Shown here piece after piece: positions 27,327 through 37,259 of a stretch of DNA of 64,000 nucleotides. The position numbers and the translations under genes are program-made. The notes below the pieces were generated by a model. That model did no database searches, had not been told where the DNA came from, and worked only from the letters and a program-made list of their open reading frames with translations. The DNA is taken from IMG/VR virus record IMGVR_UViG_3300017963_000190, positions 196,068 through 260,067 of that record. One strand, 5' to 3'. Position 1 is the stretch's first letter, and every line of letters starts with the position of its first letter.

Positions 27327-27401
27327 GGGGGTGTGGTGAAGCCTGGAGTTCACGCGGCGTTGTCAGCGCCGAGGCCGCGGGTTCGAATCCCGTCACCCCC
27401 G
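27327..27401 (+). tRNA. tRNA-Asp(GTC)
   Basis: TT GTC AG loop; G73. Confidence 0.92.
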
Positions 27402-27603
27402 TAGGGAAGCTTTCCGCCAATTCACAAGTAGTTACTTTAAACAAAGGCAACTACGTTAGCCTCAGCCACTTGTGAATTGGAGGCACCATGTTTATTGTTG
27501 GTCTCACGATTGTTGGTCTGTGTTTGCTGCTCACCATCGGAATGCTCTTCTACGCTATCAGAGACAGAAGAAATCCACCTCATATGTTGTAAAGTAAGAT
27601 TGT

Positions 27604-27677
27604 GGCGCGGTAGGCAAGCGGTTTAAGCCACCGGCCTTTCACGCCGGTCATCGCGGGTTCAAATCCCGTCCGCGTCT
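27604..27677 (+). tRNA. tRNA-Glu(TTC)
   Basis: CT TTC AC loop. Confidence 0.9.
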
Positions 27678-27693
27678 TCAGGAGGCGAAAGCA

Positions 27694-27900
27694 ATGTCTG
27701 ATGAATATGTAGAGGTTTACGTTGATGAGGTGGTGGCAGAGACCGACGAAGCCATCTTGATCAAACCTTTTATCGACGAGCCCTTTGAGGCATGGATCCC
27801 TAAAAGCTGTATCAGCAAGGATTCGGGGGTGCGCCATAAAGGCGAAGGCGGCGTCTTGGAGATCAAGGAATACATGGCTGAAAAGAAAGAGCTCATCTAG
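27694..27900 (+). CDS. small phage protein (ETxxAILI...WIPKS type)
   Basis: Recurrent phage motif; AGGAGG SD. Confidence 0.6.
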   Translation: MSDEYVEVYVDEVVAETDEAILIKPFIDEPFEAWIPKSCISKDSGVRHKGEGGVLEIKEYMAEKKELI

Positions 27901-27908
27901 GAGCGATC

Positions 27909-28259
27909 ATGTATTATTTGATCCATCCGGTCGCTCCTGAGGGCATCGAGACACCAGATTCCAATGTGGAATCGGCCCTCACCTACTTGGACTACTTGGT
28001 GCGCGAGCTCAGCCTTCCAGTAGCCGCTCCATGGGTACCTTACGTAATGCTCTACGGGAATAGTCCAGAGCACCGAGAGGCATGCTTAGAGAACTCCATC
28101 AAGATGCTTAAGCGCTTTGACGGAGTGATTATGGTGGGGCCACGGTTCTCAGCGGGCATGCGCGCAGAAGCGAGGGCAGCTATGGAAGCCGGCAAAGAAG
28201 TAATCGACGCCATCGGCACATGGGATCACTTCGTCGCGGTGTTTCGCGAATGGCTTTAG
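27909..28259 (+). CDS. nucleoside 2-deoxyribosyltransferase-like / DUF4406-like protein
   Basis: MLKRFDGVIMVG...SAGMRAEARAA...GKEV. Confidence 0.6.
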   Translation: MYYLIHPVAPEGIETPDSNVESALTYLDYLVRELSLPVAAPWVPYVMLYGNSPEHREACLENSIKMLKRFDGVIMVGPRFSAGMRAEARAAMEAGKEVIDAIGTWDHFVAVFREWL

Positions 28260-28448
28260 TCGATGGCCGTCCTCGCCTGCGTTACAAACTGGAGATGTCC
28301 TTCATGTGGGGAGGAGTCTCTGGACAATGATCCATGGGAAGGACCTGTGTACTGGGCAATGCCGGTCGATTTGCCTGTGTGGTGCTTCCTTTGCGGCTGG
28401 ATGGGTACCGTCGGTGATCTTTCTGGAAACACGGAATTCAAATTTTAA

Positions 28449-28521
28449 GGGGCTGTAGCTCAGCTGGGAGAGCGCTAGAATCGCACTCTAGAGGTCAGGG
28501 GTTCGATCCCCCTCAGCTCCA
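28449..28521 (+). tRNA. tRNA-Ala(CGC)
   Basis: G3-U70; AT CGC AC loop. Confidence 0.92.
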
Positions 28522-28823
28522 AATCGGATTACGCTATATGGTATTGTCAAGTAAGATGTATGAATCTTTGGCAGGTCGTACTGTTCGCCTTTTGCGCGCG
28601 TATACCGTCGAAGAAGATTGCCTACCTTCAGCTCCATTTAAATTCAGCATTTGTCTTCCCAAAGGATTACGGGGCACCGTGATCAAAGTGGTCATGATTC
28701 CAGAATCTAAGGTATTCGTGGACTTCTCTATCGGCGAGACAAAAATTCAATGCTGGATCCCCAAATTACTCACCGAACTTGTAAAATAGCTGGTAGTAGT
28801 TCTAGCTCACAGGAGAACCAGCT

Positions 28824-29135
28824 ATGCCAGAGGACAGAAAATCAGACTTAGTAGAAATCGGGGCACTGTGGATTGGGGAAACGAAGACGGGGGAGATGTA
28901 TCTCAACGGGAAAATGGGTAGAGCCAAACTGCTCGTGTTCCGCAACAAGTTCAAGGACACAGATAGGCATCCAGACTACAAGGTCTACGTCACCAATCCT
29001 GAGCGTCAAGATCAAGATCGAGCGCAGCCGCCAGCAGACAAGTTCCAGCAGTCTATGACATCCCCGCAGCAAGATAAGAAGTCCGATAGCCACGTTCCAC
29101 CAGACGAGGATCCCTACGACGAGATTCCATTCTGA
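28824..29135 (+). CDS. DUF736-like OB-fold / ssDNA-binding-like protein
   Basis: EIGALW...YLNG...HPDYKVY; SSB-like DEIPF tail. Confidence 0.65.
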   Translation: MPEDRKSDLVEIGALWIGETKTGEMYLNGKMGRAKLLVFRNKFKDTDRHPDYKVYVTNPERQDQDRAQPPADKFQQSMTSPQQDKKSDSHVPPDEDPYDEIPF

Positions 29136-29147
29136 GGTGCAATCATC

Positions 29148-30062
29148 ATGCTCGATCGTATTAGAAAAGCCTTTCGCGAGAACGTCTACACGCATCTTAT
29201 CAACGACGATCGTCTACCCAACAAAAAGAAGGGGTCGGTGTGGCGCCACGGACGTTTGTACATTCGCCCTCGCAAAGAAAAGAGGCTGAAGCTCACGAAC
29301 AGATCTCCAGAGGCACATGTCAGCTGGGCGCTTCTTGGGGCTGCTCATCATTTGTGCTTCCACATTCGCCTGGAGTCTCCAGGTGGAGAAGATGACATCA
29401 GCATTTCCGGTGGCATCCCGTACCTCTTCTACTTAGGAGGAAGTGTAGAGGGGCTAGTACCGCAGGAGGTCAAGCAGTGGATCGGTCTCTACAATCCAGG
29501 CGCCAAGACAGGGGACGTCTATATTGACAGGTCCATTGGCTGGTCGATTCACGACGGCACTGCTTGGATTTCCATCTGGGAAAACGATAACGGGTGGAGC
29601 AGTAGAGACCCGAAGTGGTGGAAGTTCAACTTTTCCATCAACCCTCTAGATCTTCTGGGCCGCAAGAAGTACACTAGCGAGGTCGTCGAGGAGAAGACGG
29701 TGGCCATCCCGATGCCTGAGGGAAGCTACCCAGCGAAGATTAAGTTGTGTGCAGATACATGGGCACGTCCGCGCTGGCCTCGTTGGCCGTTCTCGGAAAC
29801 CATTTTGCGCATGCACGCTGATATGGTCAAACCCATCCCCACTCCCGGTAAAGGCGAAAATTCTTGGGATTGTGGTGACGATGCGGTGTGCGGTTTAACA
29901 GCTCCCGCGCGCACAATGGAAGAGGCGGTAGGTAAGCTAGTAGCTACTGCTTTGCAGGACAGGCAGCGTTACGGTGGAAGCCACGAGTTCACACCGCGGG
30001 ATCCACCTCCTGATGAAGCCACAGAAAATGCGCCGGTAGAGATGAAGAACGCCGATGCCTAA
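29148..30062 (+). CDS. hypothetical phage protein
   Basis: 304-aa ORF; PGKGENSWDCGDD. Confidence 0.7.
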   Translation: MLDRIRKAFRENVYTHLINDDRLPNKKKGSVWRHGRLYIRPRKEKRLKLTNRSPEAHVSWALLGAAHHLCFHIRLESPGGEDDISISGGIPYLFYLGGSVEGLVPQEVKQWIGLYNPGAKTGDVYIDRSIGWSIHDGTAWISIWENDNGWSSRDPKWWKFNFSINPLDLLGRKKYTSEVVEEKTVAIPMPEGSYPAKIKLCADTWARPRWPRWPFSETILRMHADMVKPIPTPGKGENSWDCGDDAVCGLTAPARTMEEAVGKLVATALQDRQRYGGSHEFTPRDPPPDEATENAPVEMKNADA

Positions 30063-30754
30063 GACGATGCGCGATTTATTACTGGGCTTCACTGTAGGCG
30101 CGGTGATCTTCTCTGTTCTAGCGTTGACTCTAGGATACTGTTACCATGGCTGAAGAAAACGGACATGATTGGATCACCAACGGGCTCGAACAGGCAGTCC
30201 CATTCACAGGCCCACAGCCAGATGATGAACCACGGGTAGAGCATGTTCCAGAGGACCTGGCTAGCGTAGCGCGTGATGCGGGTATGCTCATTAATCCAGC
30301 AATTGCTAGGCACGGGAAGCTAGCTTGACCGTGGGGATAGGGTCTAAACGAAAACGCCTTAGGCGCTTAAAGGCAAAGTACGGTGGTCCAGGGCTGCTAC
30401 CAGCAGGAGAAACGAAAATGAAATTGAAGTATGGTGGTTCAGGTGTACCTCCTACAGGACCGCATCCCAATCCTCCTCGTCCGAAACCGCGCCCGGATTC
30501 TCACAAAGAAGACGCTTGCAAGTGCTCCAACGACTGCGGTGCTACAATAGCTGCCCTGAAGATGCTTGCGCAGTCCCTGGAACGAGAAAATGAATTTCTG
30601 CGCGACGAGCTCAAGCGGCTGCGCGAAGGAGCCCCAGAAAATTGGGTCCACCTAGGCCAAGGTGGGGAGTACGTCCGCAATTTGGGGGATCCTTTGTGGG
30701 AGCGCGGCGAGTTCGTGTGTGAGTATAAAGAACCAAAAGAACCAGGAGAATCCG

Positions 30755-31861
30755 ATGACAAGTGATAACGGGGGCCTGAATTTCAACGAGATAAAGCTCA
30801 CAGCAGAAATAGTTTTCAGAAAGAAAAGCGGAGCCATCATCGACCTCAGCGATCCGGATTTTTCGGGCTCCAATTTTTTCAAGGCGTGGCATGAAGGGGT
30901 TGTTTGGCGTGATATCGAGTTAGAGTTAACAGGCGCAACGTGGGAAGATCTTACTTCTTACGTTCGTAGTGTTTCCCTCTCGTCCAACCCCATAACGCTC
31001 TTTGAGCTGCTGGAGAATTTCTGCACCCCCATCCAGGAGTGCGTGCTCTCGCTCAACGAGCAGCTCAATCTCGTTCATCGCTTTCTAGACAATCAAAGTC
31101 TTCCGCCAGAAGGTATTCCTGTAATTAATCTTGAGGGCAAGGAACAGGTTGTGTGGACTACCAACGGCTTGTCCGATGGAACGGTGGTTGAAGGAACCCT
31201 TCCAGCCAATAAGCTGTATCCCTACGTATACCCTGTGGACAGCACCTTCATTATGGATCAGATGGAGCTCTTCAAAGAGGATATTTCTGTGAAGGAGCTC
31301 TTCCACAAGGTTGTTCTCTGCATGTTGAAGGTGGCTACCAAAGACAACGCTACCTTATGCTTCATGCTGGACCAGGCAGCAGAAGCGCAGGGGCATCGTT
31401 ATGCAGCCGAGCAGCTATCGCCAGCATCAGTGCAGTATCTTCGGCATGAGATTGAAAAGTGGCAGCTACCGGCCCCGCAGATGCTGGTCACCCCCAGAGC
31501 CGTGTCTGAGCTCCTGGGGGATCCAGACCATATCCGGTTCATGGATTTGGTAACAAAAATGGAGCTCTTCTCGCGAGGTATTGTTGGGCGATGGGGCGGC
31601 ATAGAGCTCATCTGCGTGGGGTCCAACTACGATAGTTTTGTGGAGTATGGCAGCCACTCAGAGGCGATGTTGTGCACTGCGCCCTCCTCTTTGGGGATTA
31701 GGCAGGTGCGTGTTCCGTTGCTGGTGCACCCAGTCATCTTGCCGCCACCTACCACGCAGAAGACACCACCCGAAAAAGTTGGGTGGTATGTGTATCAAAA
31801 GGTCACCACCAGCATCCTTCAGTCTCGTGGTGTGGCCACCTGTACGCGTTTGAAGAAGTAG
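30755..31861 (+). CDS. divergent major-capsid-protein (HK97-fold) paralog
   Basis: EIEKWQL...DLVTKMELFSRGIVGRWGG...LGIRQVR...KVGWYVYQ...RGVA resembles jumbo-phage MCP C-termini. Confidence 0.5.
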   Translation: MTSDNGGLNFNEIKLTAEIVFRKKSGAIIDLSDPDFSGSNFFKAWHEGVVWRDIELELTGATWEDLTSYVRSVSLSSNPITLFELLENFCTPIQECVLSLNEQLNLVHRFLDNQSLPPEGIPVINLEGKEQVVWTTNGLSDGTVVEGTLPANKLYPYVYPVDSTFIMDQMELFKEDISVKELFHKVVLCMLKVATKDNATLCFMLDQAAEAQGHRYAAEQLSPASVQYLRHEIEKWQLPAPQMLVTPRAVSELLGDPDHIRFMDLVTKMELFSRGIVGRWGGIELICVGSNYDSFVEYGSHSEAMLCTAPSSLGIRQVRVPLLVHPVILPPPTTQKTPPEKVGWYVYQKVTTSILQSRGVATCTRLKK

Positions 31862-32128
31862 GGCGGCACACACATGGAACACAAATACTACTGTGCAGTT
31901 ATCGTCAACGAGCATGACAGGAAGCCACGCAACTGCCTTTTCAAGAGCGTGTTCCCTCCTTTGTGGGTTGTTGGTTCTTATTCCAGTGGTATGTGGGCCA
32001 CGCAGCGCTTTATTCTTTTGAATTTCTGGGAAATTTCTGAAGAGCATTATCTCCAGTTTCCCTCAGAAATGAGAGATTTTGCGGAGAGCACGTGGCAGCG
32101 CAGGAACGAAGCTCTATAGGTCGTTACG

Positions 32129-32335
32129 ATGCCCCTTTACGAGTACCTTTGCAACAGCTGTGGTGAGCTCACCGAGCATGAGTGCAAGATGGCTGACCGT
32201 CCCAAGCAGGTGCGCTGCGAGCACTGCAGCTCGACGAACACGCAGCAGCTCATTTCCGGTACCAGCTTCATGCTAAAAGGCGGTGGCTGGGGTTCCTCTG
32301 GGTATTCATCCGGAGGAAAGAAAAAGAGGAAGTAG
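32129..32335 (+). CDS. FmdB-family zinc-ribbon protein
   Basis: MPLYEYLCNSCG...CEHC...FMLKGGGW. Confidence 0.85.
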   Translation: MPLYEYLCNSCGELTEHECKMADRPKQVRCEHCSSTNTQQLISGTSFMLKGGGWGSSGYSSGGKKKRK

Positions 32336-32561
32336 ATGTCCTACGATGTCAACGGTAAAGTGGGGTATGAAGTTAAGTACTGCTCCAATTGCCTGGCAGC
32401 TGGTATATTAAGTGAGGTGCGTGGTGAGATTACTCCGTCAGCCTTGCACAAGTGCGAAGCGTGTGGTTTCACGCATGGTGGGTTTAAGGCTGCCAGAGCT
32501 AAAGAGTTTCTGCAGAGGAAGATAGACATCCTCCAAAGCGCTATGGCCCAGCTAAATAAGA

Positions 32562-32762
32562 ATGACCTCGGATCATAAGAAAGCACCCGGACCTAATGGC
32601 CGCATTATGCTGCGCCTTCCTAAGTCTCTACACAAGAAGTGCGTGGAGCTTGCCAAGCGGGAAAATACGAGCCTCAATCAGTTTATCTTAGGTGCCGTTG
32701 CTGAGAGGGTGGGCGCTACTCAGATGTACCACGAGCTCGCAGATCGGTTAGAGCAGAAGTAA
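32562..32762 (+). CDS. HicB-like ribbon-helix-helix protein (orphan)
   Basis: GRIMLRLPKSLHKKCVELAKRENTSLNQFI. Confidence 0.8.
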   Translation: MTSDHKKAPGPNGRIMLRLPKSLHKKCVELAKRENTSLNQFILGAVAERVGATQMYHELADRLEQK

Positions 32763-32821
32763 GTCTTCTTGACATCTCGCCTTTTTCTGCCATTAGTCGT
32801 GAAGGTTTATACAAAATACGA

Positions 32822-32892
32822 GGGTTCATAGTTCAATGGCAGAACGAGTGGCTGTTAACCACTAAGTCCCAGTTCGACTCTGGGTGAGCCCG
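32822..32892 (+). tRNA. tRNA-Asn(GTT)
   Basis: CT GTT AA loop; G73. Confidence 0.9.
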
Positions 32893-32895
32893 CTA

Positions 32896-32965
32896 GGCCC
32901 TTCTTGTAGCTCAGCTGGTAGAGCATGGGACTCCGAGGTCGTGGGTTCGAGTCCCACCTGGCCCG
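32896..32965 (+). pseudogene. degenerate tRNA lacking an anticodon loop
   Basis: Canonical D-arm and T-arm; anticodon arm reduced to TGGGACTCCG; acceptor mispaired. Confidence 0.6.
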
Positions 32966-33000
32966 CTACTTATGTCGAGGCGACGCGCGAGGAGCCGTTG

Positions 33001-33255
33001 ATGAGTAGATCACGCAAACGAAGTCGGGTAGTAGTAATCGTTCGAGGCAGTCTTGGCAGGCTTTTCCGACGTAGGGCGAACAAGGCTATGCGTCGGCGCA
33101 CGAAGCTAGCGCTTGTTCGAGGTCGATATGAGCACGCTCCCAGGCGGCTTGAGGAGGTAAGCGATATCTACGATTACAAGGACTGGAGTCGTTACGTAAC
33201 CAGTGAGGACTCTGAGAGCTTGCACCGTGCGCTCAAGAAGCAGATGCGGAAGTAA
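33001..33255 (+). CDS. small Arg-rich basic protein (MSRSRK type)
   Basis: GAGGAG SD; very basic. Confidence 0.6.
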   Translation: MSRSRKRSRVVVIVRGSLGRLFRRRANKAMRRRTKLALVRGRYEHAPRRLEEVSDIYDYKDWSRYVTSEDSESLHRALKKQMRK

Positions 33256-33329
33256 CGGGCGGAGGGCTTGAAGGTAAGCCGCCTGACTGGGGGTCAGGAG
33301 TTGTGCGGGTTCGACTCCCGCTCGCCCGA
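33256..33329 (+). tRNA. tRNA-Pro(GGG)
   Basis: CCTGA-CT GGG GG-TCAGG. Confidence 0.82.
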
Positions 33330-33339
33330 TAGGTACTTT

Positions 33340-33412
33340 GGTGCCGTAGCTCAGCAGGTAGAGCAGTGGACTGAAAATCCACGTGTCGGTGATTCGACTT
33401 CACCCGGTACCA
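33340..33412 (+). tRNA. tRNA-Phe(GAA)
   Basis: CT GAA AA loop. Confidence 0.92.
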
Positions 33413-33417
33413 CTTCG

Positions 33418-33491
33418 CGGGGAGTAGCTCAGACTGGAAGAGTGCTCGGTTCGGATCCGAGAGGTCGCAGGTTCAAGTCCTGTCTCCCCGA
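33418..33491 (+). tRNA. tRNA-Pro(CGG)
   Basis: TT CGG AT loop; C1-G72. Confidence 0.88.
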
Positions 33492-33503
33492 TTTCTTCCT
33501 ACC

Positions 33504-33532
33504 TTGACATCGTCATCCATTCAGCTTATGCT
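33504..33532 (+). promoter_or_regulatory. sigma70 promoter
   Basis: TTGACA-17 nt-TATGCT. Confidence 0.65.
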
Positions 33533-33784
33533 CTTACCGATTCTGAAGAGGCAGGCGCAACAGCTCTTCGGAAGTTGGCAGCTGGGGGCGCCACTCCGCT
33601 GCCGCCCTCTTGTTTATGGGGTGCGTTATGTGGGACACCTTTGAGGATGGTTACCGCGACGCTTCGGGGGGTTGGCCTCCGAGGGGGTACAAAGAGGATT
33701 ACAAGCGCGGGCGCGCAGCGTGGCACAAGGAAGCCAGGAGACGGCTTCTTGCTTCTTTAGATCCTACTAAACCAAAGCACATAT

Positions 33785-34474
33785 CTATTTTGATCCGGCT
33801 TCCAGAAGAGTCACCAGAATAGTCGCCCCGCCACCTCCCATCGTAGGTCCTTGGTACTGGCACGGCACGTCTGGCTTGTACTGAGTGCCTCCCTTGCATC
33901 CATCCTTCCCCGGTTTCTGTCCACACGGTGGGCTCTTGCGTGCCACGCAGACATCACATCCTAGCGGGAATACGCCGTAGAGCTTCTCATTTCCCTTGGA
34001 GCTCATGACAGGTCCGAAGGTGAACGTTCCCTTGGCATTCTTGACCGACATCACGAGGGGCAAGTTGAAGCCGTCTACCAGGCTGATGTCCAGGATGTCG
34101 TACCATTTGGGGTTGTTGATGTTGAGCTCAGCTTTGGTGCTGCCGCAGCCCACAGGAGCTCCGAAGGCGATCGTCGCGTTCAGGTACTTCCCGCCGAGAG
34201 GGAGATTCTGAGATTTCTTTTTGGGCAGAGTGAAACCGCATTTCAAGGCTGCTGATGGTGTGCAGAATGTTTTCCAGTCGGCCGCCACTATTTTTGAGTC
34301 CGACCCAAACGACACGTACACTTTGGTATCGGCGCCTGTGCTGTTCAGCAGTGTTGCTGTAGTAGGCGTTCCAGATTTTACGGGGGCTTCCTTTTTCTGA
34401 GGCTTTTCCTTGCACGCTACCGCTAACGGTAGTAGCATAGCAAAGAGAAACGCGAGAAAGCGGTATTGCTTCAT
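33785..34474 (-). CDS. thaumatin-like lipoprotein
   Basis: DISLVDGFNLP thaumatin signature; LAVAC lipobox; Cys-rich. Confidence 0.7.
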   Translation of the reverse strand: MKQYRFLAFLFAMLLPLAVACKEKPQKKEAPVKSGTPTTATLLNSTGADTKVYVSFGSDSKIVAADWKTFCTPSAALKCGFTLPKKKSQNLPLGGKYLNATIAFGAPVGCGSTKAELNINNPKWYDILDISLVDGFNLPLVMSVKNAKGTFTFGPVMSSKGNEKLYGVFPLGCDVCVARKSPPCGQKPGKDGCKGGTQYKPDVPCQYQGPTMGGGGATILVTLLEAGSK

Positions 34475-34566
34475 TGTACTGTCCTTTTGTGGTGGATGTT
34501 TCAGTTGAGTAGATTTAATCAAGATCGGCGGCTGGAAAAGCGCCGCGCGTCTTGTAAAATTCACAG

Positions 34567-35130
34567 ATGGACAACGATTCGTGGTGGGAGCAGTGGTGGA
34601 AGACTGATGGAGGCAAAATGCTGACGCAACGAGAACTGCAGGACAAAATTCTTACTATGCTTCCTACCTACCGTAGGGAGCTACAGAAGATGGAGAATCG
34701 TTTAATTACTTGTGGAGCGGTCGACCGTCACTTTGTGAGCGAGAGCTTCACAAGGGTTGGCATCCACATTTTTGGAGAGGCTTCAGAAGGCCATAACGCT
34801 CCCATCGATTATCTTCCCCATGACCACCAGCTGTACATTATCCGAGCGGAGGTTTCTCCTGTATCAGATGGAGACGCTTTCATGATTAAGGGTAAAGGCA
34901 ACGAGAGCTGTCCGCTTTGTGGCAAACCTATTCCGGTGCAGCTCAAGGAAGCTCTGGTACCACAGGATCTAGTGCTTGTGGGATGTCCTGTGCTTAAGGA
35001 GGGGGAAATAGTTATCGACGTGTTACCTATTTTCTCTCCTACCTTGGTCAAGGACGCTATCAGCGTGTGTCTTAACCTTCCTCATCAGCGCAGTAAAAAT
35101 CCGATGACGCGAGTGTCTCGGCTGCTCTAG
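34567..35130 (+). CDS. hypothetical protein
   Basis: Follows a CTTGTAAAAT motif. Confidence 0.55.
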   Translation: MDNDSWWEQWWKTDGGKMLTQRELQDKILTMLPTYRRELQKMENRLITCGAVDRHFVSESFTRVGIHIFGEASEGHNAPIDYLPHDHQLYIIRAEVSPVSDGDAFMIKGKGNESCPLCGKPIPVQLKEALVPQDLVLVGCPVLKEGEIVIDVLPIFSPTLVKDAISVCLNLPHQRSKNPMTRVSRLL

Positions 35131-35133
35131 GAG

Positions 35134-35418
35134 ATGCGCATGGATTACCCTGAACGAAATATAACAGAAAAAGACTTAATCCGTTCTGCGGTGCTGGCCT
35201 GCAAAAGCTATTACAGCGGTGGCCCGGATCCAACCACCGGCACCTACCTTTTCACATCGGCCACTTTTTCCAACGCCTTCAACAAGGTGACCGGCATCAA
35301 GGGTCCTATAGACGGCCTCATCGTACAAGCGATGCTCTGCGGGCGCGATTGGGTAATAGAGCTGCCCAAGAATTACTGGCAGCTCACAGAAGCAATTCTC
35401 ATGGAGCACATTCTATGA
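35134..35418 (+). CDS. hypothetical protein
   Basis: Collinear ORF. Confidence 0.55.
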   Translation: MRMDYPERNITEKDLIRSAVLACKSYYSGGPDPTTGTYLFTSATFSNAFNKVTGIKGPIDGLIVQAMLCGRDWVIELPKNYWQLTEAILMEHIL

Positions 35419-35807
35419 CGATATCCAAGAAGATGCCAAAGCATAAAAAAGGCTGCGCGTTTCTGGAAGACCCTGATCAGCTGTGCACCTGCAACGCCAA
35501 GTATCTGGGAAAACCCTTTGCGCATTGGCAAACGCGGGCGCAGGAGCTCGTAATGGACACGCTTTTGCGTGGTGTGTACCAGTATCAAGATCCGGACGAG
35601 CTGTTCTGCCTGCCTCGGCATCTTGCTTCCCGGAAACTGTTCCAGCTGGCTTACTCCGTAGATCCCGCCATTCTGCGCAAAACTGCTGATGAACATACTC
35701 GTTGTGCGGCCGGGTTCGTGTCCATCATGGCGGAAATAACCGAGGGCAAGTGGCTTCCATACTTTGATCCTGCGACTTGTGGGCTGCCAGATAAGCGCAA
35801 AGCTTGA
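35415..35807 (+). CDS. hypothetical protein
   Basis: ATGA coupling; H...C...CTC. Confidence 0.5.
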   Translation: MTISKKMPKHKKGCAFLEDPDQLCTCNAKYLGKPFAHWQTRAQELVMDTLLRGVYQYQDPDELFCLPRHLASRKLFQLAYSVDPAILRKTADEHTRCAAGFVSIMAEITEGKWLPYFDPATCGLPDKRKA

Positions 35808-35832
35808 CAACGTCTTGCAGCTTGCTTAAACT
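35804..35832 (+). promoter_or_regulatory. sigma70 promoter
   Basis: TTGACA-17 nt-TAAACT. Confidence 0.65.
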
Positions 35833-36061
35833 GTTCGTGCTGTGGGTCTGAGACTAAAAATCTTCCTCGTGGTGAGGAGGTGAGTGGAGTCAAGGCGCAA
35901 GCGGGCAGCTTTAAGTAAGCCCCGGCCCACACAATTTTGAGCACAAAAATGCTGACCTGGCCATGTCCCAAATGTTATCTGCGTGACCTCGTTGAGCTCA
36001 GGGACGGTTATTGGTGCCGCCATTGCGGACACTATATTCCTTATGATTTCGAGGAAGAGAA

Positions 36062-36640
36062 ATGACTGTTTGGTTCACGAGCGATTGGCACCTCTTCCAC
36101 GATAATATCCTGAAGCTTGTCCCACGTCCGTTCAAGAACGTGCAGCAGATGCATAGTGTCATCTTGGCGAACTACCGGTCGTGTGTGCGCGAGGGCGATG
36201 TGGTGCATTTTCTTGGGGACCTGACTCTGCGCGGCCCCTCTGGCATCGAGGCAGTTCGCAGGCTCGTGGGGGGTTTACCTGGCACCAAGCATTTCGTCCT
36301 GGGTAATCACGATCGCTTAAAAGTGCAGAGCCTTTTGAAAATGGGCTTTGCCAGCGTGCACTCCTCATTGGTGTTACGCCATGGATCGTGTCAATATTTA
36401 CACGTGCACGATCCGGATGAGGATCTGAACACAGGTTGGTCGTACGCACCGCGTATCATCTGTGGGCATGTACACGAGAAATGGAGGTACCGTGCTGAGC
36501 CTCGACCAGCAGTGAACGTAGGTGTGGACGCCTGGGGCTTTCAGCCAGTGCGCAGGCATACCGTGATGACTCTATTCGACAACCCACCTGACAGCTTTCG
36601 CAGGATGCTTGTGGGCAACGCAGCTGACTTTGCGGCGTGA
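36062..36640 (+). CDS. calcineurin-like metallophosphoesterase
   Basis: SDWH, LGD, GNHD, GHVH, NVGVD. Confidence 0.9.
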   Translation: MTVWFTSDWHLFHDNILKLVPRPFKNVQQMHSVILANYRSCVREGDVVHFLGDLTLRGPSGIEAVRRLVGGLPGTKHFVLGNHDRLKVQSLLKMGFASVHSSLVLRHGSCQYLHVHDPDEDLNTGWSYAPRIICGHVHEKWRYRAEPRPAVNVGVDAWGFQPVRRHTVMTLFDNPPDSFRRMLVGNAADFAA

Positions 36641-36644
36641 TCTC

Positions 36645-37112
36645 ATGACCGACGATTGGAAAGAAAGGGCAGCTTCTATTTTGCTTCCTGGAGAAGTGAT
36701 CCAGGAGCCTGAGAAGCCTAAACCAAAGAAAATCAAGCGTAGTAAGAAGAAGCAAAGTTCTAAGCGGGTGCCTACAAAGGGTGTTTTTTCTTACGAGTAT
36801 AATGAGAGCGATGATGGTCTTCTTATTAAGGGCCTTCAGCGAGCGCTAGACGTACCAGCGGATGGTATAATCGGGCCTCGTACACTAACTGCCTGGAAGA
36901 ATGCCTATGATGCAGATGGCGTTTTTATGGTGAAGAACAACACAAATGCCGCAGTTATTTTGCCTGGCGTAGAGATTACGTTGGATCCTTTTGAGGAACG
37001 TATAATTGTAGTACCCAGTTCTGTGTGGCAGAACGATAATTTACTTGCAATGGTACGGAGAGCTTACATCAGCATTGCTCCAGTTCCTGTACCAGAAAAA
37101 TGGTGGCTATAG
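36645..37112 (+). CDS. peptidoglycan-binding domain protein
   Basis: LQRALDVPADGIIGPRT. Confidence 0.7.
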   Translation: MTDDWKERAASILLPGEVIQEPEKPKPKKIKRSKKKQSSKRVPTKGVFSYEYNESDDGLLIKGLQRALDVPADGIIGPRTLTAWKNAYDADGVFMVKNNTNAAVILPGVEITLDPFEERIIVVPSSVWQNDNLLAMVRRAYISIAPVPVPEKWWL

Positions 37113-37151
37113 CTCAGTTGGTTAGAGCGCTGGTTTGTGGCATCAGAGGTC
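37102..37151 (+). pseudogene. 5' part of a disrupted tRNA-His(GTG)
   Basis: G-1 GTGGCTA, D-arm, CTGGT-TTGTGGC-ATCAG, AGGTC, then no T-arm. Confidence 0.8.
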
Positions 37152-37181
37152 ATTAAAACTCTTGACGGCCACCCTTATTAT

Positions 37182-37254
37182 GGTACCATTGGTGTAGCGG
37201 TCTGCACGCTAGATTGTGGTCCTAGAAGCATCAGTTCGACTCTGATATGGTACC
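37182..37254 (+). tRNA. tRNA-His(GTG), intact copy inside the cassette
   Basis: G-1:C73; GTACCAT/ATGGTAC; TT GTG GT loop. Confidence 0.85.
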
Positions 37255-37259
37255 TTTAC

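Noticed and set aside
32562-32762. Complete HicAB toxin-antitoxin module
   Set aside because: No adjacent HicA-like ORF recognised; only an orphan RHH protein
33540-33610. SRP (4.5S) RNA-like hairpin after a promoter
   Set aside because: It lacks the GGAA tetraloop and symmetric loop of the SRP S-domain; only a generic hairpin
37137-37259. N-terminal extension of the HNH ORF in the supplied track
   Set aside because: It overlaps two tRNA-His sequences; the true start is probably downstream
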